Shown one piece after another: positions 49,791 through 59,788 of a DNA stretch of 64,000 bases. The translations under genes were made by a program, and so were the position numbers. The first letter of the stretch is position 1. Each line of letters opens with the position of its first letter. The notes below the pieces were generated by a model. It was not told where the DNA came from. It ran no database searches and saw only the letters and a program-made list of their open reading frames with translations. This DNA comes from an uncultured Chloroflexia bacterium (GTDB lineage Bacteria; Chloroflexota; Anaerolineae; Anaerolineales; Villigracilaceae), in the NCBI GenBank assembly GCA_963814135.1, contig CAWFBZ010000013.1, forward strand, positions 41,222-105,221, in the 5' to 3' direction.

Positions 49791-51421
49791 ATGACGCAAC
49801 TGAAAATTACTGACGACCTGGACGCCCTGCTGGGTGTGCTACCCGGCAATATTGTCGAGGCGGTCCATAAAGCCAATGACTACGACAACCTGCTCGAGAT
49901 CATCCTGGACCTGGGGCGCGTCCCGACGGCGCGCTACGTCCAGGGCGAGACGGTCTTGATCAATAGCGAGATCACACGCGCCGAACTCGACCACGTGGTG
50001 GAACACATCGGCGAGTTTGACGCGGATAACCGCGCCGGCCTCGAACGCACCCTGCACCGCATTTCCTGCCTGCGCAACCGGCGCGGGCACATCGTGGGTT
50101 TGACCTGCCGGGTCGGGCGGGCGGTTTACGGCACGGTGGATATCATCCAGGATATCGTCGAATCGGGCAAATCCCTGCTCATCCTGGGGCGTCCGGGTGT
50201 GGGCAAGACCACGCTGCTGCGCGAGGCTGCCCGCATCCTGGCGGAAAGCAAGCGCGTCATCATCGTGGATACTTCCAACGAAATCGGCGGCGACGGCGAC
50301 GTGCCGCACCCGGCGGTGGGCAAAGCCCGGCGCATGCAGGTGCGCGAGCCCATGCTGCAGCACGAGGTGATGATCGAAGGGGTGGAGAACCACAACCCGG
50401 AAGTCATCGTGATCGATGAGATCGGGCGCGAACTGGAAGCCGCCGCGGCCCGCACGATTGCCGAGCGCGGCGTCCAACTGATCGGCACGGCGCACGGTCA
50501 GACCATCGACAACCTGCTGCTCAACCCGACCCTGTCCGACCTGATTGGCGGCATCGAAGCGGTCACCCTGTCGGACGAGGAAGCCCGCCGGCGCGGCACC
50601 CAGAAGACGGTGCTCGAACGGCGCGCTCCGCCGACCTTCGACGTGCTGGTGGAGATCCAGCAACGCGACCGCTTTGCCGTCCACATGGATATTGCCGCCT
50701 CGGTGGATGCACTGCTGCGCGGGTTCCCGTTCCCTCCCGAAATCCGGGCGCGCGACTCGCAGGGCAGGATCCAGATCGAGAAGGCGAAAATCGATCCGAA
50801 AGCCAGGGCGGATTCGGAATTTCGCATCGAAAATGGCAAGACCACCGGTCCGCACCGCAGTTCGAGCACGCAAAGCGGGCCGGGACCGGTGATGGAGACG
50901 CTGCACCGGACGGATTTTTCACCACCCCCTTCTGAAGCACGCCGCACCCCCATACAGTCCGTGCGCGTGTATCCCTACGGCGTGGCACGCACGATCGCCT
51001 GATCCAGGCCGCCAAACGGTTGGGAGTGCCAGCCTTGATCGCCAAGGATGCCGGGGAAGCGGACGTGATGGTAACGCTGCGTTCCTACTACCGTGATCGC
51101 CAGCAGGCGGTCATGCAGGCGGAACACCGCGGCATGCCGATCTTCGTGTTGCGCGCCAACACCGTCAGCCAGATGGAGCAATTCCTGAGCGACCTGTTCA
51201 ACCTGTCGGAGATGATGCCGGGGACAGCCGAGCTGGACGCGGTCAAACAGCAGACGCAGGCGGCCATTGCGGCGGTTTTGAACGGGGAGCGCTGGGTGGA
51301 CCTGCCGCCCGGCCCGGCCACCGAGCGGCGCCTGCAGCACGAACTGGCCCGGGATGCCGAACTGGTCTCGCATTCCTACGGCAAAGAACCGCGCCGGCAC
51401 GTGCGGATTTTCCGCGAATAA
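49791..51421 (+). CDS. AAA ATPase with C-terminal R3H domain (Ycf45/SpoIIIAA-like); frameshift near 50985
   Basis: Walker A GRPGVGKTT, Walker B VIVIDEIG, ..LIGTAHG..; ORF 51020..51421 carries the R3H-type end (..ERRLQHELARDAELVSHSYGKEPRRHVRIF) and joins at ..YPYGV/..RLIQAAKRLGVPALI. Confidence 0.78.
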
Positions 51422-51478
51422 TCCCGCCACAGCCCGGCCGCGACGTTACGGACACCAAATTTCTAAAGGCTGATTGCC

Positions 51479-52126
51479 ATGTTCATCACCCTGGAAGGCC
51501 CGGATGGTTCCGGCAAGACTACCCATATGAAGCCCCTGGTCGAATGGCTGCAGGCCTTGGGACAGCGCGTCCATCCGGCACGCGAACCGGGCGGTACGAC
51601 CATCAGCGAAGAAATCCGCAATATCATCCACGACTTGAAAAACACCGAAATGTGTCCGCACACCGAGACCCTGCTCTACCAGGCTGCCCGGGCGCAGATC
51701 GTCGAACAGGTGCTGCGGCCCAGGCTGGCGGAGGGCTGGATCGTGCTATGTGACCGCTATGCCGATTCGACCCTGGCTTACCAGGGTTACGGTCACCAGC
51801 AAAACCTGCAGGAAGTGCGCATGCTGGTGCGTTACGCCACCGGAGATCTGGTCCCGGACCTGACGCTGTTACTGGATATCGACGCTGAGACGGCCTTGCG
51901 CCGGCGTCAAAAGGGCGGCGGCGAATGGAATCGTCTGGACGCCTACGATGTCGAATTTCACCGGCGCGTCCGGGAGGGCTATCTCGAACTGATGCGGCAG
52001 GAGCCGGGGCGCTGGGTGAAGGTGGATGCGAGCCAGAGCAAAGAGGTGGTACAAGAAGTCCCTGCGCGCGGCCATCCTGGCAAGGATGGAAAAGATGGGG
52101 CTGGGTCCGGCGCTCCCTTAGGATAG
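51479..52126 (+). CDS. tmk: Thymidylate kinase; possible frameshift in the last about 25 codons (about 52055)
   Basis: MFITLEGPDGSGKTT P-loop, ..CDRYADSTLAYQG.., ..LLLDID..; an alternative frame gives a more protein-like tail KSLRAAILARMEKMGLGPALP*. Confidence 0.9.
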   Translation: MFITLEGPDGSGKTTHMKPLVEWLQALGQRVHPAREPGGTTISEEIRNIIHDLKNTEMCPHTETLLYQAARAQIVEQVLRPRLAEGWIVLCDRYADSTLAYQGYGHQQNLQEVRMLVRYATGDLVPDLTLLLDIDAETALRRRQKGGGEWNRLDAYDVEFHRRVREGYLELMRQEPGRWVKVDASQSKEVVQEVPARGHPGKDGKDGAGSGAPLG

Positions 52127-52217
52127 ATGGAAAGGTTTGACCAAAAGAATGAAATGCCGCCGGTGCACGAGGTTTTGTGCCTTGAACCCCTGATGCGCCG
52201 GCTGTTTAGAGGTTGAA

Positions 52218-53813
52218 ATGAAAAACAAGTTTTTCCGGGTGCCCTGGTTCTACATCTTTTTTACCTTCTATCCGTTATTGTTCCTGTGGGCGGTCAACAT
52301 TTCCCAGATGGATCCTGCCGTGGTGATCCGGCCATTCCTGGTCACCCTGGTGGGTTCGGCGATCCTGTACGGGATACTCTACCTGATCATTCGAAAGGGG
52401 AACAAGGCGGCTTTGGTTGGGACCTTGCTGCTGGTGGCATTCTTCTCCTACGGGCACGTCTATTACGCCGCCCGTAACACCCCGGGCCTGCAGTTCCTTA
52501 ATCACCATACCATCCTGATGCCGCTGTATCTGCTGGTCTTCGGCCTGGGCATTTGGGCGGTCTTGCGTATCAAGAAATACGACCGCTGGGTGCTGTATTT
52601 GAACGTCATCAGCCTGGCGCTGGTGGCCGTACAGGTGGTGGAGCTGAGCTACGCCTACATCCGCAAATCCTATGCTGCCAGCCAGCCGGTCAAAACCCAG
52701 TCCGGGCTGACCCTGACCACCAGCTTGAACGACATGCCGGATATCTACGTGATCGTGCTGGATACGTACATGCGCTCGGATGCCTTGAAACAAGACCTGG
52801 GATACGACAATTCGGCTTTCATCGACCAGTTGACCCAGATGGGATTTTACGTGGCCAGTTGCGGTCACCCCAACTATACCTTCACATACGGCTCCATCTC
52901 GGCGTTGTTGAACATGCGCTACATCCCGGATGCATTTGCCAACGACGTTTGGGAACAGTTCTCCAACAGCGGGTTCTGGAGCATCCTGCAAAACGACGAA
53001 GTGCGCCAGCAATTAAAAAGCATCGGCTATAAAACGGTCTCCTTCCAGGAGGAATATCCGCTGCTCGAATTCGACGATGCGGATGTCCTGATTGGGAAAA
53101 ATAGCGCCTTTTCCAACTCGGCTTACCTCTACCCGTTCGAGGTCCTGTACCAGCAGAGTACCGCTGCGATCATCCTGAATGCCCTGGACCCGGGCGGGAA
53201 AATCGGCGATTCCATGCGCAAGTTGATCGCCAAGCCGGATACCAGCGGATTGGATCTGTCCGGACTGAGCGGTCCCAACCGGGATTTTGTAGCCACGCAC
53301 ATCATTTCCACCCAGTACATCCTCAATCACATCACGGACGTGATCCCCATCGCCGGACCGAAATTCGCCTACATCCACCTGTTCATCCCGCATTATCCGT
53401 ACGTGTTCGGCCCGGATGGTGAAATCATGACGGACCCGGGCTTCTACAGCGGCGACCGGGGCAGCGCCGTCAACGAGGAATACCAGGTCAATGGGTACGT
53501 CGCCCAGGTACAGTATATCGACCAGCGCATCCTCCCGATCCTGCAGGATGTCATCCAGCAATCGAAGAATCCTCCCATCATCATCCTGATGGGCGACCAT
53601 GGGTTGGAAAACGCCAACCGCAGGACCGACCTGCTGGCCTATTATTTACCGGGAGACGGTAGTGCCAAGTTGTACCCATCCATATCACCGGTAAATTCCT
53701 TCCGGTTGATCTTCGACGAATATTTCGGGGCGAATTACCCGCTGCTGCCCGACCAGACCTGGGTCGACGACCGGACTGTGGAACCCGACGCTTATCCTAA
53801 CTGTGCTCCTTAA
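52218..53813 (+). CDS. Membrane-anchored sulfatase-like (alkaline-phosphatase superfamily, LTA-synthase-like) protein, paralogue 1
   Basis: 531 aa; five N-terminal TM segments; DIYVIVLDTYMRSD metal-site motif, ..IPHYPYVF.., ..ILMGDHG.. Confidence 0.75.
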   Translation: MKNKFFRVPWFYIFFTFYPLLFLWAVNISQMDPAVVIRPFLVTLVGSAILYGILYLIIRKGNKAALVGTLLLVAFFSYGHVYYAARNTPGLQFLNHHTILMPLYLLVFGLGIWAVLRIKKYDRWVLYLNVISLALVAVQVVELSYAYIRKSYAASQPVKTQSGLTLTTSLNDMPDIYVIVLDTYMRSDALKQDLGYDNSAFIDQLTQMGFYVASCGHPNYTFTYGSISALLNMRYIPDAFANDVWEQFSNSGFWSILQNDEVRQQLKSIGYKTVSFQEEYPLLEFDDADVLIGKNSAFSNSAYLYPFEVLYQQSTAAIILNALDPGGKIGDSMRKLIAKPDTSGLDLSGLSGPNRDFVATHIISTQYILNHITDVIPIAGPKFAYIHLFIPHYPYVFGPDGEIMTDPGFYSGDRGSAVNEEYQVNGYVAQVQYIDQRILPILQDVIQQSKNPPIIILMGDHGLENANRRTDLLAYYLPGDGSAKLYPSISPVNSFRLIFDEYFGANYPLLPDQTWVDDRTVEPDAYPNCAP

Positions 53814-53882
53814 GGTGCCCGGTATTTTCTCGACCTCGTCCGGATCACTCCTGCGATACGCGCACGCAATTTTATTGGTTAT

Positions 53883-55481
53883 GTGATGAGATCTTTTAAA
53901 CATATCCCCTGGTTCTACGCTTTGTTTACTTTTTATCCGCTGCTGTTTCTGTGGGCGGGTAACATCTCCGAGATGCATGCGGCGGAAGTCGTCCGTCCGT
54001 TCCTGTTCACGCTGCTGGGATCCGCCCTCCTTTTTGCCTTCCTCTGGCTCCTGTTCCGGCATTGGGTAAAAGCGGCCCTGATGGGAACGCTGCTGCTGGT
54101 GGCGTTTTTTTCCTATGGGCACGTCTATTACGAAGCGCGCAGTATTCCCGCCCTGCATATTTTCAATCACCACTCTGTTTTGATCCCCATTTACGCGCTT
54201 GCATTGGCTGCGTGCGTCTGGGGGGTGTTCCGGATCAAGAAATACGACAGTTTCGTGCTGTATCTGAACGCCGCCGGCTTGCTGCTGGTCGGGATGCAGG
54301 TGGCCGGATTAAGTTATGCCTACCTGCGCAGTTCCTATGCCGACCGCCAGCCGGTCAAACTGCAATCCGGAATCCGCCTTACGAAAAGTCTCAAGGACAT
54401 GCCGGATGTTTACGTGATCGTGCTGGACGAATACATGCGTTCGGACGCCCTCAAGCAGGATATGGGCTACGATAATTCACCTTTCATAAACCAGTTGACC
54501 CAAATGGGTTTTTACGTGGCGCAATGCTCGACGGCCAATTATTCCTTTACGTATGCCTCCACCTCCGCGCTCTTGAACATGCGTTACATCCCGGGGGCTT
54601 ATGCAAATAATGAATGGAGCCAGTTCTCCAATCAGGGATTTTGGAGTATCCTGCAAAACGACGAGGTGCGCCAGCAGTTAAAGAGCATCGGTTATAAAAC
54701 AGTCGCCTTCCAGGAAGAATACCCGCTGCTCGAATTCGACGATTCGGACGTCTTGATCGGTGCCAATCAGAGCGCCATCCATTTCAACTACCTGCATCCT
54801 TTCGAAGTGATGTACCGGCAAAGCACGGCTGCCATCATCCTGACCGCCCTGGATCCAAAAGGCAAGGTTTCCGGATTCTTCCAGGGTCTGACGACCGGCA
54901 GAAACGCGCCGGGGACGGTCGACCTGTCTGGTCTGCAGGGTGCGAACAGGGATCTGGTGGTCAGCCACGTTATTTTGACCTTGTACAACCTCGACCATTT
55001 GACAGACATCCCGGCGATTGCCGGCCCCAAATTCACCTACGTTGACTTTTTCGTTCCGCATTATCCCTACGTGTTCGGCCCGGACGGACAGATCATGAGC
55101 GATCCCGGTTTTTATGGCGGGGAGCGCGGCGATGCAACCGATAAAAATCATCAAAATCAAGGCTATATCAACCAGGTCCAGTACATCAACAGCCGCATGC
55201 TTCCGATTCTGCAGGATATCCTGCACAAATCGAAGAACCCGCCCATCATCCTGCTCATGGGCGATAACGGACTGGAGGATCAGAACCAGAACGCCAACTT
55301 GATGGCGTTTTACCTGCCGGACGGACCCGGGGGACTGTATCCATCCATCAGCCCGGTCAATGCGTTCCGCCTGATCTTCAACGAATATTTCGGCGGGAAC
55401 TACCCGCTGCTGCCCGACCAGACCTGGGTCGACGATAAAACCATTGTGCCGGTGGAGGCCTACCCGGATTGTGTTCCATAA
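53883..55481 (+). CDS. Membrane-anchored sulfatase-like protein, paralogue 2
   Basis: 532 aa, colinear with paralogue 1 (LLLVAFFSYGHVYY, DVYVIVLDEYMRSDALKQD, FWSILQNDEVRQQLKSIGYKTV, VPHYPYVFGPDG, LLMGDNG). Confidence 0.75.
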   Translation: MMRSFKHIPWFYALFTFYPLLFLWAGNISEMHAAEVVRPFLFTLLGSALLFAFLWLLFRHWVKAALMGTLLLVAFFSYGHVYYEARSIPALHIFNHHSVLIPIYALALAACVWGVFRIKKYDSFVLYLNAAGLLLVGMQVAGLSYAYLRSSYADRQPVKLQSGIRLTKSLKDMPDVYVIVLDEYMRSDALKQDMGYDNSPFINQLTQMGFYVAQCSTANYSFTYASTSALLNMRYIPGAYANNEWSQFSNQGFWSILQNDEVRQQLKSIGYKTVAFQEEYPLLEFDDSDVLIGANQSAIHFNYLHPFEVMYRQSTAAIILTALDPKGKVSGFFQGLTTGRNAPGTVDLSGLQGANRDLVVSHVILTLYNLDHLTDIPAIAGPKFTYVDFFVPHYPYVFGPDGQIMSDPGFYGGERGDATDKNHQNQGYINQVQYINSRMLPILQDILHKSKNPPIILLMGDNGLEDQNQNANLMAFYLPDGPGGLYPSISPVNAFRLIFNEYFGGNYPLLPDQTWVDDKTIVPVEAYPDCVP

Positions 55482-55495
55482 AAGGAGTACTGCAC

Positions 55496-56182
55496 ATGAA
55501 GATCCATCTTTTCTCCAGCCCCGGCAGGACGTCTGACCTCGATATCGGATACATCCTGGATGCCAGCCGTGCAATCCTGGACGGGAAAGACGATCCGGTG
55601 GTGGCGTATCTTCCGGCCGCCGCGCTGGGAGACAATTACCAGGCTTTCACGGAGAAAACCTTCAAAGGGCTGGCGCGGGTCGAGACCCTTCGCCCGGAAA
55701 GGATGACTCTGCCGGAAATGGAGGCGGTCATCCGCCAGGCGGCCTTGCTCTACATACCCGGGGGGAATACCTTCCTGCTCAACCACCGCCTGCACCTCAG
55801 TAATTTTAAGGAATACCTGCGCAAGAAGGTGACCGCCGGATTGCCGCTGGTGGCTTTCAGCGCCGGGACGGTGCTGTGCGGGCCGAACATCCTGACCAGC
55901 AACGATATGAACACGGTCGAGTCGCCCTATTTCAATGGTCTGAATTTGCTGCCTTTCAACTTTAACTGCCATTATCCGCACGAAGAAATTGCGCGTTTGA
56001 TGAAGGATGACTGGCTGAGCGAATACCACGTCTTTCATGAGAATCCCATCCTCATGCTGACGGATGGGGCGGGTCTCCAGGTGGAAGGCAAGAAGCTGAG
56101 CCTGGTTCGTGGGGAGGCCTGGATCCTTCGAAAAGGGCAGGAGAAAGAGACACTCGAGCCGGGAAAAGAAATTTTCGCCTAA
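55496..56182 (+). CDS. Peptidase S51 (dipeptidase E/cyanophycinase-like) family protein
   Basis: ATG 55496 preceded by AAGGAG; ..LLYIPGGNTFLL.., ..VAFSAGTVLCG.. nucleophile-elbow pattern. Confidence 0.7.
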   Translation: MKIHLFSSPGRTSDLDIGYILDASRAILDGKDDPVVAYLPAAALGDNYQAFTEKTFKGLARVETLRPERMTLPEMEAVIRQAALLYIPGGNTFLLNHRLHLSNFKEYLRKKVTAGLPLVAFSAGTVLCGPNILTSNDMNTVESPYFNGLNLLPFNFNCHYPHEEIARLMKDDWLSEYHVFHENPILMLTDGAGLQVEGKKLSLVRGEAWILRKGQEKETLEPGKEIFA

Positions 56183-56296
56183 GAATTGGCGCTAGTTTGC
56201 GCATTGTTTCACATCTCAGTACTACGGGGGTACTTGCATTCCATGGAATAAAAGGGAATAATTGTAATAAATGAGATAAATATAAGGAGAAACCCC

Positions 56297-56980
56297 ATGC
56301 GTAGATTTCGTTGGCTTGTTATTCCATTCCTGATGCTTTCCATCATGGCATGCAGCCTGTTCTCAGGCATCCAGGATGTCCAAAATATCAAGAACGCCGT
56401 TTCCACCAATCTGCCGGATATCCAGAACGCCGTGTCCACCCAACTGCCAGGCCTGTTGACCAGCGTCCCGACCGCGCAAGGCTTCATGGAAACGGCGGCT
56501 GCGGCGATTCCCACCAGTTCGTGTTCCGGAACACCCCAGTCTGGCGGGCTGGGCATTACCATGGATACCGCCAGGGCGGTCCTGCAAATGTCGCAGCAAT
56601 TCACCCTGACGGATGGGACCAGTAATGGGCAGCCCTCTGTGGACGTCACGTTGAGCACGGATGGGGCCAGCTCCTTCCCGGCTGTGGCAACCGGCTTTTC
56701 CGCAAATTTCATCGGAGACGTCTGTAACCTGAGCGAGATCAAGGTGACGATCCCGCGCACAGACCAGCAGGATAGCGTCGATCAGGGCACCAACCTGATG
56801 ACGGTCGTACTGACAGGGGCGCTTCCGATCGACGTACAATTCCAGTTCTTAAGCTGGGCGTCGCAATATTATGCCGGGATGGCGGTTTCAGACCAGCAAC
56901 AGACCACCGTCAATAATATGCAATTCACTCTGGTGCGGAACCAGGATACGATGGTGCTGGATATCCTGCCCGCGCAATAA
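56297..56980 (+). CDS. Lipoprotein of unknown function
   Basis: MRRFRWLVIPFLMLSIMAC lipobox; internal short repeat IKNAVSTNLPDIQNAVSTQLP; AAGGAG upstream. Confidence 0.6.
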   Translation: MRRFRWLVIPFLMLSIMACSLFSGIQDVQNIKNAVSTNLPDIQNAVSTQLPGLLTSVPTAQGFMETAAAAIPTSSCSGTPQSGGLGITMDTARAVLQMSQQFTLTDGTSNGQPSVDVTLSTDGASSFPAVATGFSANFIGDVCNLSEIKVTIPRTDQQDSVDQGTNLMTVVLTGALPIDVQFQFLSWASQYYAGMAVSDQQQTTVNNMQFTLVRNQDTMVLDILPAQ

Positions 56981-57000
56981 GAATAAAGATACCCCTCCAA

Positions 57001-57046
57001 AAGAAGAAGCTGCCGGGTGTTCCTTCCCAGGCAGCTTCTTCTTTTA
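57001..57046. terminator. Bidirectional intrinsic terminator between convergent genes
   Basis: AAGAAGAAGCTGCC-loop-GGCAGCTTCTTCTT followed by TT; A/T-rich on both sides. Confidence 0.7.
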
Positions 57047-57469
57047 AAGGTCGTCGTCCCCCATTCCGCCCGCTCCCATCCCGGGCTCACCCATTCCGGC
57101 TTCCCCCAGATCGGGCATTTCCTTTTCGATATCTTCCGGACTCTGGCCTTTCTCCAGCCGGTCCACCACCTCACCAAATTCGGCGGGCATCTCTTCGCCC
57201 ATTTCATTGCCCATCTTGCGCATCATCCGTCCCATGGCCTGGGGATCATTTTCGAGCCCGGCCAGGGCGGATGGATCGGAAAAATCACTGGAGAGGGCAT
57301 CCAGGCGGCTGTCCTCCGATTTCGCCACGCGCACGCGCGGGATCCCGCGGCGGACATGCCGGCTCTTACAATGCGGGCAGGCCACCTTGCGATGGCCGTA
57401 TTCGGAGAAGGTCATGAATAGGTCAAAACGCTGGTTACAGTCAAGACAGGTATAGTCATAGGTAGGCAT
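57044..57469 (-). CDS. FmdB-family zinc-ribbon protein with acidic Gly/Met-rich tail
   Basis: MPTYDYTCLDCNQRF..CPHCKS CxxC-x(n)-CxxC signature. Confidence 0.8.
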   Translation of the reverse strand: MPTYDYTCLDCNQRFDLFMTFSEYGHRKVACPHCKSRHVRRGIPRVRVAKSEDSRLDALSSDFSDPSALAGLENDPQAMGRMMRKMGNEMGEEMPAEFGEVVDRLEKGQSPEDIEKEMPDLGEAGMGEPGMGAGGMGDDDL

Positions 57470-57523
57470 GCCCCTATTTTAACGCTTTTTTTTCGACGGC
57501 TGGCTTTCGGTTACAATAGAACC

Positions 57524-58144
57524 ATGACAGAATCCGAGTTCAATCTCCACAAACCCCAACCTTTGCTGATCGTCATCTCCGGTCCCTCGGGAGTTGGCAA
57601 GGACAGCGTCGTCCAAACCATGAAAACGCGTGGCCTGCCCTTCCATTTTGTGATCACGATAACCACCCGCCCGCCGCGTCCCAACGAGGTTAACGGCCGG
57701 GACTATTTTTTTGTCTCGAAGGATGAGTTCGCTCACATGATCGACCAGGATGAATTGTTCGAGTACGCCATCGTCTACAAGGATTACAAGGGCAACTCCA
57801 AGAAACGGGTGCGGGAGGCGCTGGCCATGGGCCAGGACGTGGTGATGCGGCTGGATGTGCAGGGAGCTGCCACGGTTCGCAAACTGGCGCCTGAAGCGGT
57901 GTTGATTTTCCTGACGACCCAAAATGAGCAGGAACTGGTCGAGCGGTTGAAAAACAGAAAGACAGATCGCTCAGATGATTTGAGCCTGCGAATTGCCACT
58001 GCCCAGCAGGAACTGAAGCGAGCGGTGGAGTTTGATTACGTCATCGTCAATTCCGACGGTTGCCTGGACGAGACCGTGGATACGGTTACCGCCATTATTC
58101 GAGCAGAGCATCATCGTGTGAATCCACGTAAAGTAAACCTTTAA
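57524..58144 (+). CDS. gmk: Guanylate kinase
   Basis: GPSGVGKDS P-loop, ..TTRPPRPNEVNGRDYFFVS.., ..YAIVYKDYKGN.. Confidence 0.94.
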   Translation: MTESEFNLHKPQPLLIVISGPSGVGKDSVVQTMKTRGLPFHFVITITTRPPRPNEVNGRDYFFVSKDEFAHMIDQDELFEYAIVYKDYKGNSKKRVREALAMGQDVVMRLDVQGAATVRKLAPEAVLIFLTTQNEQELVERLKNRKTDRSDDLSLRIATAQQELKRAVEFDYVIVNSDGCLDETVDTVTAIIRAEHHRVNPRKVNL

Positions 58145-58154
58145 AGGTGCGAAT

Positions 58155-59015
58155 ATGAATGAAGACCCCAACGCCAATCAGGTTCCACAAGCCCAGACCC
58201 CGCAACCCCGCACCGTCCAGGTGGCGGTGCCGCACGTAAAACCGTATGTCACTTATGCCATCATTGGGTTTACCGTATTCATCTATCTGTTGCAACTTGC
58301 CGGCCAATACCTGCTCTCTATCGGCCAGGCAAACGCGATTGTGGCTCCCTTCCTGAATTCGTTCGGCTTAACGGTTGCCAATTTCGGCAGCACGGATGTC
58401 GCCGCCATCCTGGGGGAGAAAGTCAACTACTTGATCCGGGCAGGACAGCTCTGGCGTCTGCTCACGCCGGTCTTTTTACACGATTCGGTTCTGCCATACG
58501 GATTGCTGCACATCGGTTTCAATATGTACGCCTTATACCTGTATGGGCGTGGCCTGGAAGGGCGCTTTGGGCACTGGCGCTTCAGCCTGCTGTACTTCCT
58601 GTCAGCCTATGCCGGGAACGCATTTTCCTTCCTGATCACACCTAACCCTTCATTGGGGGCTTCGACGGCCGTCTTCGGTCTGTTGGCGGCGGAGGGCATT
58701 TTCATCCTCCAGAACCGGAAACTGCTTGGGGACCGGGCCAATCGCGCCCTGATGAACGTGCTGTACATTGCCGGTATCAACCTGCTGATCGGTTTCAGCG
58801 CCACCGGCATCGATAATTTCGGTCATTTGGGCGGCATACTGGGTGGGGTCCTCTTCACCTGGTTTGGCGGCCCGCGTTGGAAAATGGAAGGGTTCTTCCC
58901 GTCCATCCGATTGATCGATGAACGCGAAGGGCACGGAGCGTTGGCGGGGTCAGTGGCAGTGCTGTTGTTCTTTATCCCCTTGACTGTACTTGGATGGATC
59001 TGGATCGTGAAGTGA
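58155..59015 (+). CDS. Rhomboid-family intramembrane serine protease
   Basis: ..WRLLTPVFLHD..LLHIGFNMYALY.., GASTAVFGL (Ser), NFGHLGG (His). Confidence 0.88.
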   Translation: MNEDPNANQVPQAQTPQPRTVQVAVPHVKPYVTYAIIGFTVFIYLLQLAGQYLLSIGQANAIVAPFLNSFGLTVANFGSTDVAAILGEKVNYLIRAGQLWRLLTPVFLHDSVLPYGLLHIGFNMYALYLYGRGLEGRFGHWRFSLLYFLSAYAGNAFSFLITPNPSLGASTAVFGLLAAEGIFILQNRKLLGDRANRALMNVLYIAGINLLIGFSATGIDNFGHLGGILGGVLFTWFGGPRWKMEGFFPSIRLIDEREGHGALAGSVAVLLFFIPLTVLGWIWIVK

Positions 59016-59686
59016 AAACCCGGCCGTTAGACAGCCGGGCTGATTTGCATCTTAAGCACCACGCCCTGCGGAGCCTTCTGGCCGTGGCGGGTGGGTTGCT
59101 CTTGCTGGTCATCCTGGCTTTTACGTTTCGCTCCCAGATCCTGACCGGCGTTGCAGATTATCTCATCGTCAACGACACGCCCCAACCTGCGGACGTCATC
59201 TTCCTGCTCAACGGCGATTACAACACCCGGCCATTCCGGGCCAGCCAGCTCTACCAGCAGGGATTGGCGCCTGTGATCGCCATCGCCCGTATGGAGAATG
59301 GCCCGGCGGTTGACCTGGGGTTAATTCCCAATGGGACCGATATTGCAGTCGGTGTGATGGAGAAGCTGGGAGTGCCGTCCGAAAAGATTGCCGTGCTGCC
59401 ATTCCCCGGCGGCGTGACCAGCACATTCGATGAAGCCACCACACTACGGCAATATATCCAGGCGCACCAGTCCTACAAGATCCTGCTGGTCACCTCCGCC
59501 TTCCACACCCGCCGCGCCAGGTGGATCTTCGAAAAGATGCTGGCCGGGTTGCCGGTCAGATTGCAGATGGTGGCCGTCCCCTATGCAGATTTTGACCAGA
59601 CGAACTGGTGGAAGAACGAAGACGGGCTGATCACCCTGAACAACGAATACATCAAGCTGGTGTATTACGCTTTCAAGTATCGTTAA
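58994..59686 (+). CDS. DUF218 (YdcF/ElyC/SanA-like) protein
   Basis: TM segment then ..ADVIFLLNGDYNTRPFRASQLYQQGLAPVIAI.., ..LLVTSAFHTRRARWIFEK.. Confidence 0.78.
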   Translation: MDLDREVKTRPLDSRADLHLKHHALRSLLAVAGGLLLLVILAFTFRSQILTGVADYLIVNDTPQPADVIFLLNGDYNTRPFRASQLYQQGLAPVIAIARMENGPAVDLGLIPNGTDIAVGVMEKLGVPSEKIAVLPFPGGVTSTFDEATTLRQYIQAHQSYKILLVTSAFHTRRARWIFEKMLAGLPVRLQMVAVPYADFDQTNWWKNEDGLITLNNEYIKLVYYAFKYR

Positions 59687-59751
59687 GGCCGCCTCTTCAA
59701 TTTAATGCTTAAAAACTAGGTAGAAACACCTCACAGGTGCTGAATTTTGCG

Positions 59752-59780
59752 TTGACTCTGCTCTGCAACGCTTCTATAAT
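59752..59780 (+). promoter_or_regulatory. Near-consensus promoter placing the transcription start at or next to the ATG 59789
   Basis: TTGACT (59752-59757), 17 nt, TATAAT (59775-59780); ATG 8 nt downstream, no Shine-Dalgarno. Confidence 0.55.
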
Positions 59781-59788
59781 GATTGCAG

